DNA of 45,414 nt from an uncultured Dehalococcoidia bacterium (GCA_964353645.1 CAYGWR010000002.1:1-45414), one strand, 5' to 3'. Shown: positions 23,749 to 32,970, numbered from the stretch's first letter. Numbers and translations are program-made. Notes: a model not told the origin generated them from the sequence alone.

Positions 23749-25024
23749 ACTTTGATTTGCTTGACTGTTTGTGCCACAGCCCCATATGTTTCCTGTGGGT
23801 CTCATTCAGCAGTTTATCCAGCCCATATTCATTGTAGAACTCTTGCTCAAGGTGATGGACCTGCAGCCATTCGGGCATCACTATTGTATCAAAAGTGGCA
23901 GGAAATCTCCCATAGGTGTCGAATACGTAGTTACAGTAATCCTTGGTTATCTGAATGACTTTCTTGCTCGGCACAGGATAGCCCGGCTGTACCTTCTTCC
24001 AATTCTTACTAAAAGGCACCAGTCCTTTGTAGCTGGGTGTATACATGCCATTGCTGCCGAACTTTTTCTCAATGAAGGCATCTACAGCATCGTTCATGGT
24101 CTTGTAGTACGGCGGTTGATAGCTTTCAAAGATTCCGTCCAGCCCCACGGGGTTCATACCCAGCATAGCGCCGGAGCCCTCCTTTGCCAGGCTGTAACGA
24201 AAACCCAGAGATTGCAGCGCTATTATCCCTATGTATCCGGTCATGATAATAGAGCCAAGTCCCATAGCCTCTGCCATTAGTTGAATGTTCTGTAGCGCGT
24301 GAAATGAGGGAGCGAGATTGCCCAGGAATATAGTGTATTCAAAAGAGGAGAGAGGTACATCAGGACCTTTCAATGTACCATTGTCAATCCACTTCTTTAT
24401 CCCTGCTGGCCCCGTTTTCTTAACGTCATCGAATACCTTGTATCCTTCTCCCATGAACACGGCTATCACGGCATCGAGATATTCTTCTGATATCTCCAGT
24501 ATGGGCATGAACAGGGTGGTGCCGGGCTTGTTGGTATTCCAATGGACTATCCTAACCAAGGTCTCGGGCACCATGGCGAATCTACCGTCGGAAAGCTTGA
24601 CCGTATCCCGCTTGAAATACCTGGCAATCTTGTCCCAATCCTCCTCCGTTTCAATCTCCACGGCTTTGGTCGCTTCTTTGGGGTCGTAAACGAAAAGACC
24701 TTTGTCATTTGTGAAGAAGAGCTTCATATTATGTACATTGCATGCATAAGGAGTAGTCCTTCCTGTCCAACTGGTGAACATGCTCCCCTGCACGTCATTA
24801 GTAGGCATATCGGCTGCGATAGTTCCGGTTATCCCTGTGCCGGCCCAGCAAAGGATAGCAGTCTCTATATCATTCAACGGCACCGGCGGATTCTTGGAGG
24901 CATATTGAAGCGTTCCCTCTTCCATCTTGCAGCCGAGGGGGAACCTGCGGGTTCTCCTGTGAGCCATGGCTTTGAGAAGGGGATATGAGAAGACTTCTCT
25001 TACTTCCTTTTTATCTTTCAACAT
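23747..25024 (-). CDS. Uncharacterised 425-aa protein, possibly nitroreductase-fold
   Basis: Long clean ORF with GAGGAGGAGTCGG-ATG SD. The N-terminal AMAHRRTRRFPLG resembles the RRS.R.F motif of nitroreductase-superfamily proteins. The rest is not recognisable by eye. Confidence 0.55.
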   Translation of the reverse strand: MLKDKKEVREVFSYPLLKAMAHRRTRRFPLGCKMEEGTLQYASKNPPVPLNDIETAILCWAGTGITGTIAADMPTNDVQGSMFTSWTGRTTPYACNVHNMKLFFTNDKGLFVYDPKEATKAVEIETEEDWDKIARYFKRDTVKLSDGRFAMVPETLVRIVHWNTNKPGTTLFMPILEISEEYLDAVIAVFMGEGYKVFDDVKKTGPAGIKKWIDNGTLKGPDVPLSSFEYTIFLGNLAPSFHALQNIQLMAEAMGLGSIIMTGYIGIIALQSLGFRYSLAKEGSGAMLGMNPVGLDGIFESYQPPYYKTMNDAVDAFIEKKFGSNGMYTPSYKGLVPFSKNWKKVQPGYPVPSKKVIQITKDYCNYVFDTYGRFPATFDTIVMPEWLQVHHLEQEFYNEYGLDKLLNETHRKHMGLWHKQSSKSK

Positions 25025-25072
25025 CCGACTCCTCCTCTGTTTGCCTAAAACTAGGATTTCTTTGCTGTCGAC

Positions 25073-25081
25073 ATTTTACCA
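25073..25081 (-). promoter_or_regulatory. Possible extended -10 promoter element for 23747..25024
   Basis: The minus strand reads TGGTAAAAT (TGnTAAAAT) about 50 nt upstream of the ATG. No good -35. Confidence 0.3.
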
Positions 25082-25126
25082 CAATTGGAGGTTATATGCT
25101 TTCCTTGGAATATCACCGTTGGCTAT

Positions 25127-25255
25127 TAATCTCTTTTCAACCCCTTCTGGCTCCCCCAGTCTTGGGGGAGAAGAGGAACTGGGGGATACCCCCGGACCAC
25201 CAGTCCTTCTTGGGAAGGAGGGCTTCGCCCCTCTGCATTTCCCAGTATACAAGCT
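25127..25255 (+). repeat. Family-A intergenic repeat, copy 3
   Basis: TAATCTCTTTTCAACCCC...CCCCCAGTCTTGGGGG...CTGGGGGATACCCCC...GGAGGGCTTCGCCCCTCTGCATTTCCC. It ends at the stop codon of 25256..26932. Confidence 0.85.
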
Positions 25256-26932
25256 CTAGAACATCCGTCCCTTTTCCTCCCAGGGCTTTCTCAGTCCCAG
25301 ACGCTGCGAGATACGCTTATAGCAGTTGTAGGCAGAGAAACCAAGGGTCCCAACGCCGCCGCAATGTTGGGAGCCTGAGGCCATCCAGAAGTCCTCTACC
25401 CCCGGAACCTGGTACTGGGCGAACTCCGGGATGGGCCTAAAATTGCACCACTGGCTGGGACTCTGATTCGATGTATACATGCAACCGTTTACCCAGTTAG
25501 GATTTTTCTGCGAATATTCATAGGGTGTGGGGATGTTGACAGCTATCACATTATCCCAGGTCATGTTCGGCGCATACTTTTGCCACTCCTTTATCAAGCG
25601 GTCTCCTACCTCTCGCTTCACCTGTATCCATTCTTTCTCAGTCAGGTAGCTGGCGGGGGGAGGGTGTCCCTCCCCTACCAAGGCGACATGCTTCCCTGGA
25701 GGTGCATAGCTGGGGTCCCACTGAGTGGCAGTAAGTTCATACATATACGTTCTTTCTGGCCATCGGCCTGGCCTCAGGGTATGCATCTGGTAGCCATAGT
25801 GTGTGTACATGTATTCAATATCAGCATCACCGAGGAATACCAGGCGGGCTTTGCCGCAGTCAGGATTCCAATCGGCAGCTTTATACTGAGCCAGTTCGTG
25901 GAAGGCTATATGCCCCCAGAAGAGCTGTGACCTGTCTGTCATTATGTTATCGATTTTCCTTCGAATCTCCGGGTCTATCTGAACGTTACGGAGATGTCTT
26001 CTGACAGTCTGCTTGATCTCGGCAGTGTCGATCACCAGCTTTTTAGCTTCGATCTCGGTGCCATCGGCCAGCCTGATTCCGCAGGCACGACTGTTCTTTA
26101 CCAGCACTTCGTCGACATCGGCTCCCACGAAGAATTTACCGCCCTGCTCGCTTAAGGCCCTCTGAAGGGCATGGGCAACGTTGTGAAAGCCGCCTTCAGC
26201 TATGGCAAAAGCCTGGAGGCCGGCAAAGGATGGCATGGGCAACAAAGCCTGCAAGGGTGGGGCAACATCGCCAGGCGCTATTCCATTCATAAGCTGCCAC
26301 TGCAGAGCAAAGGACCTCATTTCCGGGCTGTCGTAGAGGTCGCAGACTATCTCGTACTCGGTCATGAAGGGATACCTGGGGTCTATGCCGCCTTCTGGGT
26401 CTTTCAACAGGTCTGCTATATAGTCTGTTTCCCCAGGGAGGGGAGGAGGGTTGAATAGGGTTTGGCCGTGTGAGTACATCCAGTTATACAGCTTCTTGTC
26501 CAATGCCTTCGATACCCTCTCGGCATCCCTGGGCGATATGCGCTCCAGTTCTTTGAGGTTCTTGTCGATGATTGCTTGATTGGGGAGGGCTGTCCCCAGT
26601 TCCTCGTTCCAATCCAAGGCTCGATAGACAACTATACATTTACCATTGGGGAATATCTTGGACATCATTACTTCGGGGAAGATGAACTTCAGCCCCTTCT
26701 CGCCGAGATTGAAGTCGTAGTATGCCGGGCTCATCCAGAAGGCGCAAATCTCGGCATGGGGGTTGCCACGGAAGCCGGATGCCGGCGTGGGAACAGTGCA
26801 GGCAGCACCGCCCAGCTCGTTACCCTGCTCGAAGAGGCCCACTGTCATGCCGTTGAGGGCCAGGTAACAGCCCATAACCAGGCCTTCTTTACCCCCTCCT
26901 ATTATCACTGCATCGTACCTTGCGTCAGCCAT
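25256..26932 (-). CDS. FAD-dependent oxidoreductase, phytoene-desaturase (CrtI, COG1233)-like
   Basis: 558 aa with the N-terminal dinucleotide fold YDAVIIGGGKEGLVMGCYLALNGMTVGLFEQGNELGGA. Confidence 0.8.
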   Translation of the reverse strand: MADARYDAVIIGGGKEGLVMGCYLALNGMTVGLFEQGNELGGAACTVPTPASGFRGNPHAEICAFWMSPAYYDFNLGEKGLKFIFPEVMMSKIFPNGKCIVVYRALDWNEELGTALPNQAIIDKNLKELERISPRDAERVSKALDKKLYNWMYSHGQTLFNPPPLPGETDYIADLLKDPEGGIDPRYPFMTEYEIVCDLYDSPEMRSFALQWQLMNGIAPGDVAPPLQALLPMPSFAGLQAFAIAEGGFHNVAHALQRALSEQGGKFFVGADVDEVLVKNSRACGIRLADGTEIEAKKLVIDTAEIKQTVRRHLRNVQIDPEIRRKIDNIMTDRSQLFWGHIAFHELAQYKAADWNPDCGKARLVFLGDADIEYMYTHYGYQMHTLRPGRWPERTYMYELTATQWDPSYAPPGKHVALVGEGHPPPASYLTEKEWIQVKREVGDRLIKEWQKYAPNMTWDNVIAVNIPTPYEYSQKNPNWVNGCMYTSNQSPSQWCNFRPIPEFAQYQVPGVEDFWMASGSQHCGGVGTLGFSAYNCYKRISQRLGLRKPWEEKGRMF

Positions 26933-26968
26933 GTGTACCTCCCATCCGCATATTCAGAGGCTTTGATT

Positions 26969-28405
26969 TCAAGATCGAAGATATTTCGTGATTTTTTCGC
27001 ACAAAGGGAAGACCATCTGATAAATCTTGTCTGAGACCATGCTGGTTACAGACCTAATCGTATCGCCTCCGAAGTAGAGGCCATGTATGTTGGGCGACTG
27101 CATGTCGATCTCCGTGGGGACCGCAGCCCAGGAATATCTCCCCCAGTTGAGCTGGAGAGTCATTCCCCTGAATTCGATAGCTTTGGCAAAACCAGGAAAT
27201 ACCTTTTCCACAGCCTCTTCCCATCTTCTATTCGCTTCCTTAACCACGTCCATAGGGGTGGTAAGCCCAAAGGTGGTATCGGGAAGCCCACCAGGGATAT
27301 AAGAGTAAATAAGTTGCTTTCCTGGCGGCTCTACAGCATTATAAAGCGATCCCACGCACCAGTCTCCCACGTAGGTGGGGAGGCCATAGTCAACATCAAA
27401 GATATGTACCCAGCCAGGGCCTTTCCTGGGGATAACCTCCTCTCGAAGAAGATAGAATCCGGTCAGGTCTTCGTAGGATAGCTTTGCGCATAACTCGATA
27501 GCTTTGGCCCAGTCTTTTGTCAGGAATTCAGACCTAAGGATGTTTCTTGCTACCGCTTCGAAGATAGGGATTGCGCATATAACAACCGGAGCGCTATATT
27601 CTTCTATGAAACCTGTTATATTATTCTGAACAACAACCCCTTTCACCCTTTTATTTTCTATCAAAATACTTCTGGCTCTCCTATTCGTTAGCACTCTTCC
27701 CCCGTGGTCTTTGTAATAATTGGTCAAAGGGGTTATGACCATATCCTCCATATTCCCCTTCTTGGGATACCAGAATAGAAGGGCTCCAACACGCGGGAAA
27801 GTACCCATGACGTTGGCAAACGCTCCGTAATTAACGACTGTGGCAGGGGCACCCATAAGGGGGGCGGCCAGCTCGAGAACCGCCTTAGCAATTGGGTCTT
27901 CAATATTTTTCTCTATCCAGCTAGCAAAGGTTACGTTCACCAGCTTACGGCATTCCTCTTCAGATGTGTCTTCCATAATACGGAAGGCTTTCATAAGCGC
28001 CTGCCTCGATGGTTTCTCCATAGGTAGGCCGCTGCCAAAAGCAAAAAAATCAAAGAAGTTCTCTACCCCCTTCTTCGGGTCCATGGAAAAATATTCGGTC
28101 CTGTTGGGGTTGTCTTTACTGACCTTCCCCATAGTCCAATCTACCACCTTGGCTTCTGGAGGGAATCCCATATGAGACAAGAACTTATACATGTAGGTTT
28201 CCTTGGGTGTGCGAACCAATGCCGTTGGCATGCGAACACCATTATCCGAGCGACAACCATGGAAATTAACGGCGCGGTATCTTCCCCCGAGAGTGGGTTC
28301 CCTCTCTATAATCGCTGAGGATACCCCTTCTTTGGCTAATAGGCTCCCTATAGATAGACCTCCGGGACCTCCTCCTATGATGAGTACGTCGAATTTACTT
28401 TTCAT
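26969..28405 (-). CDS. FAD-dependent oxidoreductase, phytoene-desaturase (CrtI, COG1233)-like (paralog)
   Basis: 478 aa. FDVLIIGGGPGGLSIGSLLAKEGVSSAIIEREPTLGGR, and a C-terminal GLYFGGD motif. Confidence 0.8.
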   Translation of the reverse strand: MKSKFDVLIIGGGPGGLSIGSLLAKEGVSSAIIEREPTLGGRYRAVNFHGCRSDNGVRMPTALVRTPKETYMYKFLSHMGFPPEAKVVDWTMGKVSKDNPNRTEYFSMDPKKGVENFFDFFAFGSGLPMEKPSRQALMKAFRIMEDTSEEECRKLVNVTFASWIEKNIEDPIAKAVLELAAPLMGAPATVVNYGAFANVMGTFPRVGALLFWYPKKGNMEDMVITPLTNYYKDHGGRVLTNRRARSILIENKRVKGVVVQNNITGFIEEYSAPVVICAIPIFEAVARNILRSEFLTKDWAKAIELCAKLSYEDLTGFYLLREEVIPRKGPGWVHIFDVDYGLPTYVGDWCVGSLYNAVEPPGKQLIYSYIPGGLPDTTFGLTTPMDVVKEANRRWEEAVEKVFPGFAKAIEFRGMTLQLNWGRYSWAAVPTEIDMQSPNIHGLYFGGDTIRSVTSMVSDKIYQMVFPLCEKITKYLRS

Positions 28406-28436
28406 GGTTGCCTCTCCTTTCCTGAATCATAGGGAT

Positions 28437-28465
28437 AAATTACTGTGTCACACACTCTCCGTCAA
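28437..28465 (-). promoter_or_regulatory. Sigma70-like promoter for the flavoprotein genes
   Basis: On the minus strand, TTGACG (28460-28465), N17, TAATTT (28437-28442). The spacer contains the small palindrome TGTGT-G-ACACA. Confidence 0.45.
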
Positions 28466-28542
28466 GTAAATCTGCCCAACTTTTGTCTGATTTTTCGCAC
28501 TGTCCCTTGACACTTTCTTGGAAACAACAGGAGAATACAGGC

Positions 28543-28585
28543 AGAGAAAAAGTAATAAGGCACGGCATACCTGCCCTATTACTTA
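28543..28585 (-). terminator. Intrinsic terminator after the LuxR-type gene
   Basis: On the minus strand, AAGTAATAGGGCA-GGTATGCCG-TGCCTTATTACTT (13-bp stem with one G-U) followed by TTTCTCT, 61 nt after the stop codon. Confidence 0.65.
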
Positions 28586-28646
28586 CAATACATCTGAAGC
28601 ATTTGCAGTAGATTGCTTTGGTTTTCCTATATATGTGGATAATCTA

Positions 28647-29333
28647 TTAGATACCTGAGGGTAGACGCTCCTGCTCAAGCTTTTGTCTTAACAGCCGGGA
28701 TATCGTCTCTACCGACTCGGGCCCCAGTGAGGCAAGCAGTTCCACTAGCTCATCGAGAGAGAAAACCTCACCAACATTGATGGCCCTTTGCTTTACTGCC
28801 GAGATAAACGCCTGGGCCCTGTTGCGTGCTTGCAGCTTGGTGCATGCCTGATACAGGAACGTCCTCACTGTGCTGGTTGATGTACAGAGTTTGTCGGCGA
28901 TTTCTTCATTCGTCAGTCCATGGGCAACAAGTATAAGGACGTCTTGCTCTCTCTTCGTTAATATGGTGTCTTGTTTTCCTCCCAAATTCAAAATCTGTTT
29001 TTCATCAGTGGATAGATGCCCATGCTCAAGCTTTTGGCTCACCAGTTGGGCTATAGTTCCAACTGCCTCGGGTCCTAAAGAGGCAAGTAGCTCTGCTAGT
29101 TCATTTAAGGAAAAGACTTCACGGAGGTTTATGTCCCCATGCCTCAGGGCGAAGAAAACGGCCTCGATCCTGTTGTGTGCTTTCAGTTTGACACATGCCT
29201 GGTGTAGAAACGTCTTCACTTTATTGGTGGATATATGGAGACGTTCCGTAATCTCCTCATTAGTCATACCCCGGGCAACTAGGACGAGGACGTCTCGCTC
29301 CTCTTTGGTCAGTATAGAGTCTTTCCTTTTCAT
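28647..29333 (-). CDS. Protein made of two tandem LuxR/GerE-type HTH modules (internal duplication)
   Basis: The halves align residue for residue: ILTKEERDVLVLVARGMTNEEITERLHISTNKVKTFLHQACVKLKAHNR...EVFSLNELAELLASLGPEAV versus ILTKREQDVLILVAHGLTNEEIADKLCTSTSTVRTFLYQACTKLQARNR...EVFSLDELVELLASLGPESV. Confidence 0.85.
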   Translation of the reverse strand: MKRKDSILTKEERDVLVLVARGMTNEEITERLHISTNKVKTFLHQACVKLKAHNRIEAVFFALRHGDINLREVFSLNELAELLASLGPEAVGTIAQLVSQKLEHGHLSTDEKQILNLGGKQDTILTKREQDVLILVAHGLTNEEIADKLCTSTSTVRTFLYQACTKLQARNRAQAFISAVKQRAINVGEVFSLDELVELLASLGPESVETISRLLRQKLEQERLPSGI

Positions 29334-29362
29334 AGGTCATCTACATCAGCGCGATGGCTCGC

Positions 29363-31330
29363 TTATTCTTCGAATATTGGGAGCGCCTTGATCACATCAA
29401 CAACTTTCTTGGAATCCAGTTCATCCAGTCTATAGTATGCACCACCGCTTGCTTCGACGATCTCTTTGTTGTATCCCAGTTTAAGAAAATCATCGTCAGA
29501 GTCTATGACCACCAGGTGTATGCCTTGCCTTTTGATCTCGTTAGCGATGGAGACAAGCTCCTCCCTCACATCTGTTCCCAGTGGCACATTGCCTCTTCCA
29601 TCGGAGACGAGCACCATGATGGGGATTATGTTCCTGCTCTTCCAGAGCTGAGTTTTCAAGACTTGAAGGCCTTTGTAGAGGCCGTCAGAGAGGGGGGTCT
29701 TTCCTCCGGTGGGGAGTTTCCTAAGACACTTTACAGCTAACTCCACACTTGAGGTGGGGGCTAGCATAACTTCAGCTTTGTCTCCCGTAACAGCGATGAA
29801 GCCCACTTTATCCCTTTTCTGATAGGAATCCTCGAGAAGAGCCAGGACGGATCTCTTTGCCATCTCCATCCCCCGCATTGCTGCCATCGAGCCTGAAGCA
29901 TCGACCACGAAGACGATGACAGAAGAGACCTTCTTTGCCCTGACCTTTTCTCTGAGGTCCTCTTTCTCTATCCTCAGGTCACCTTTTCTCGCTACAGCAG
30001 CTCTGATTGTGGCATCTATGGCGATATCGGTGGTTTTCCCCTCCGGAATCCTGGACTTCACGTATTTCCCGCTGTGAGTGCTCAGGGTTCGAGTCCTTCT
30101 TCCCGAACCAGACCTCTGTTTTTTGTCCTTGGGCAACTTTATTTCAGCCCTTTTTCGCCCTCCGATGTCGAAGGTTTTCTTAATCGCCCTTAGTCGCCCA
30201 TCCATTTGAGGATCGAAATCAGTCTCTCCGTTCTCATCAGTGTCTCCAGACTCGCCATTACCCTGCTCGCTCTTCCCGCTTCGGCTAGAAGGGGTTTTCC
30301 TCTGCAGAATAATACGCTCGATCTTTTCTGTAACTGGTTTCGGTTCCTCAAAAGGCATCCTCCTCATTCTGTGAGGCAAGACCAGTTCCGCCGCTTCCTT
30401 CACATCTTCTTCAGCAACATTCTTCCTCTGGTTGTAAGCGGCTATCGTCTTCGCAGCTCTAGTGATCAGGAAATCAGCTCGATGCCCATGCACCTCGAAT
30501 TCAAGGCAGATCTTGGCTATGGTCTTAAGAATGTCTTCTGGAATCTTGACATCGTTAAGAAGCTCTCTCGCCTTCAGTATCCTCTGCCTGAGTTTCTCTT
30601 GCTCCTTTTCATATTTCCTGGAGAATGATTCTGGGTCATTCTCGAACTCCTCCACCACTCTTATGATTTTAATTCTTTCCTTAGCATCCTTTATCCCTTT
30701 GACATCTACCGATAGCCCGAACCTATCCAAGAGCTGGGGGCGTATTTCCCCTTCCTCCGGGTTCATAGTTCCTACCAAGATAAATTTGGAAGGGTGTGAA
30801 ACAGAGATGCCCTCTCTTTCTACAATGTTCACGCCCATGGCAGCGGAATCAAGCAGAATATCTACCAAGTGGTCGTCGAGCAGATTGATTTCATCTATAT
30901 ACAGAATGCCCTGGTTAACCTCAGCAAGGATCCCCGGCTCCAGAGTCTTTATTCCCTCTCTTAACGCTTTCTCTATATCCAATGTCCCTATCACTCTATC
31001 CTCAGTGGCTCCCAAAGGCAGCTCTACTACCTTTATCTTCCTCCGTACTGTGGGAAGTTCCTCACCGGCCATGTACCTGGTGTTGCAGGTATTACATTGA
31101 AGGGAGGGGTTGTGGGGGCTACAGTTAAACGGACACCTGACCACATCTATCTCGGGCAGAAGGTCTGCCAAAGCCCTGACGGCGGTGGACTTGCCTGTCC
31201 CTTTTTCACCTCTGACCAGAACCCCGAGGAGGCTGGGGTTTATGGCGTTCAGGATTAAAGCCTGTTTAAGCTGCTGCTGCCCTACTATGGCTGTGAAGGG
31301 GAGGACAACCCTTTTCATCCGGTGAGACAC
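29363..31330 (-). CDS. ChlI/ChlD (BchI/BchD)-type AAA+ ATPase with C-terminal von Willebrand A domain
   Basis: [50 protein letters not shown] is the ChlI signature with an intact Walker A. The C-terminal VWA domain has the MIDAS motif VVDASGSM. The start is GTG 31330 or ATG 31318. Confidence 0.85.
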   Translation of the reverse strand: MSHRMKRVVLPFTAIVGQQQLKQALILNAINPSLLGVLVRGEKGTGKSTAVRALADLLPEIDVVRCPFNCSPHNPSLQCNTCNTRYMAGEELPTVRRKIKVVELPLGATEDRVIGTLDIEKALREGIKTLEPGILAEVNQGILYIDEINLLDDHLVDILLDSAAMGVNIVEREGISVSHPSKFILVGTMNPEEGEIRPQLLDRFGLSVDVKGIKDAKERIKIIRVVEEFENDPESFSRKYEKEQEKLRQRILKARELLNDVKIPEDILKTIAKICLEFEVHGHRADFLITRAAKTIAAYNQRKNVAEEDVKEAAELVLPHRMRRMPFEEPKPVTEKIERIILQRKTPSSRSGKSEQGNGESGDTDENGETDFDPQMDGRLRAIKKTFDIGGRKRAEIKLPKDKKQRSGSGRRTRTLSTHSGKYVKSRIPEGKTTDIAIDATIRAAVARKGDLRIEKEDLREKVRAKKVSSVIVFVVDASGSMAAMRGMEMAKRSVLALLEDSYQKRDKVGFIAVTGDKAEVMLAPTSSVELAVKCLRKLPTGGKTPLSDGLYKGLQVLKTQLWKSRNIIPIMVLVSDGRGNVPLGTDVREELVSIANEIKRQGIHLVVIDSDDDFLKLGYNKEIVEASGGAYYRLDELDSKKVVDVIKALPIFEE

Positions 31331-31459
31331 TTTGTTACCGCCTTTCGGCTCTCTGAGATATCGCCTTGCTTGTTGCCGGGAACAGATTGAGAAGCGGAGA
31401 ATTGATTGCGTCTCGAATCGCCATGATTTAGTGTGCCACTTTCTTACAGGATTGGTGAA

Positions 31460-31484
31460 GGTTTGTCAAGGGCTTTTGACAACC
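31460..31484. promoter_or_regulatory. Inverted repeat in the divergent chelatase / rubrerythrin-like intergenic region
   Basis: GGTTTGTCAA-GGGCTT-TTGACAACC (9 bp with one bulge). TGTCAA recurs 30 nt downstream. Confidence 0.3.
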
Positions 31485-31664
31485 TAAGTTACCAGCTAAT
31501 TATCTCCCTGTGCTGACGGGCTGTCAAACTAGATTCGCTTATCGGGTTAAATGTGATAACTTTTTAAGCTTTTCTGCGTTCATTTTATGACTTCTTCATA
31601 TCTGGCTTGATATTATGGTCAGTGTGTTACTATTATTTACAAAGGCTTTGAGGAGGTCGGTAAG

Positions 31665-32141
31665 ATGGGTGTATTCTTTTCGGGTAGAGAGCTTATCGAA
31701 GTCGCTATCGGGATTGAGAAGAACGGAGCAATTTTCTACGATTCCTTGGCTGACTCTACTAAGAATCTCGAGGCTCGGGGTACCTATAAACATCTGGCTG
31801 ACAGGGAAAGAGAACATGCTGCGATCTTCCAGAAGATGCTGGGTTCGGTGGGTGAGTACAAGCCGCCGGAGACATATACCGAAGAGTATAACCTCTACCT
31901 GAAGGCGCTGGTAGACTCACTTATTTTTACCGATGACAAGGTTATCCTCAAGATGGCACGGAAGGTAAATAGTGATGCTGAGGCAATTCAAATTGCCATG
32001 GGAGCAGAAAAAGACTCAATCCTGTTTTATATTGAGATGGAAGGCATGGTTCGCCGTACGGAGCGTAAGGTAGTGAGCAAAATAATCGAAGAAGAGAAAT
32101 CTCATCTGAGACAGCTTATGGACGTCAAAAAAGGTCTCTGA
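31665..32141 (+). CDS. Ferritin-like / rubrerythrin-family di-iron four-helix-bundle protein
   Basis: Two E..H pairs (ADREREHAAIF and IEEEKSHLRQL). GAGGAGGTCGGTAAG-ATG SD. Confidence 0.7.
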   Translation: MGVFFSGRELIEVAIGIEKNGAIFYDSLADSTKNLEARGTYKHLADREREHAAIFQKMLGSVGEYKPPETYTEEYNLYLKALVDSLIFTDDKVILKMARKVNSDAEAIQIAMGAEKDSILFYIEMEGMVRRTERKVVSKIIEEEKSHLRQLMDVKKGL

Positions 32142-32199
32142 AATAGTTGATGGAAATCCAAAGTTGTAACCCTTGCAGGAATAAAAGGAGGTGAGCGAG

Positions 32200-32325
32200 A
32201 TGGCAGTCAAGAAGGTAGGCGAAAAGTACAGGTGCAATGTCTGCGGCAACGAGGTGACGGTGACCAAGGTTGGTGGCGGTACTCTGGTCTGCTGCGGGCA
32301 GGATATGGAACTGCTCAATAAATGA
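32200..32325 (+). CDS. Desulforedoxin-type small Fe(Cys)4 protein (41 aa; absent from the ORF track because it is under 60 aa)
   Basis: ATG 32200 follows [58 protein letters not shown] carries the C-x2-C...C-C desulforedoxin signature. TGA at 32323-32325. Confidence 0.75.
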   Translation: MAVKKVGEKYRCNVCGNEVTVTKVGGGTLVCCGQDMELLNK

Positions 32326-32391
32326 AGCTGAGAGTTGCTGTTTTAAGAAACGTGAGCCCAAAAGAGCAATAACAATTATGAGGAGGTAAAA

Positions 32392-32970
32392 ATGGCATAC
32401 ACTGCTAAGGACTACAAAAGCTTAATCGGGATGAAGGGTTTCAGCGATACTTTGCTCAACAATCATTTTACTTTGTACCAGGGCTATGTGACCAACACCA
32501 ATAAGGTGCTGGATACCCTCGCTGCCATGCTTAAGGATGGCAAGGTCGGGACGCCTGAATACGCCGAGTTGAAGCGTAGGTTAGGCTGGGAATTCAATGG
32601 AATGCGGCTACATGAATACTATTTTGAGAACCTCGGTGGCAAGGAAGGGCTAAACAGGGCAGGTAAACTGGGCAAGAAGCTGGCCGAGGAGTTCGGCAGC
32701 TATGAAAACTGGGAAAAGGACTTCAGGGGCACTGGAACCATGCGGGGAATCGGCTGGACTATCCTTTATCAGGATAACCTGACTGGTAGACTGATAAATC
32801 AGTGGATCAATGAGCATGATACCGGCCATCCCGCAGGATGCATACCGATCCTGGTGCTCGATGTTTTTGAACATGCCTTTATGATAGACTACGGGCTGAA
32901 ACGAGCGGACTATATCGAAGCCTTTTTCAATAACATCAACTGGGGTGCGGCGGAGGCTCGTCTCAGGTAA
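32392..32970 (+). CDS. Fe/Mn-family superoxide dismutase (divergent N-terminal helix)
   Basis: Metal-ligand contexts are present: NNH, LHEYYF and DVFEHAFMIDY. The usual K-H-H before YV is L-Y-Q here. Confidence 0.8.
   Translation: MAYTAKDYKSLIGMKGFSDTLLNNHFTLYQGYVTNTNKVLDTLAAMLKDGKVGTPEYAELKRRLGWEFNGMRLHEYYFENLGGKEGLNRAGKLGKKLAEEFGSYENWEKDFRGTGTMRGIGWTILYQDNLTGRLINQWINEHDTGHPAGCIPILVLDVFEHAFMIDYGLKRADYIEAFFNNINWGAAEARLR

Noticed and set aside
29363-31330. Magnesium chelatase, implying (bacterio)chlorophyll synthesis
   Set aside because: There is no H subunit and no other photosynthesis or tetrapyrrole gene in the window. All surrounding genes indicate anaerobic chemotrophic metabolism.
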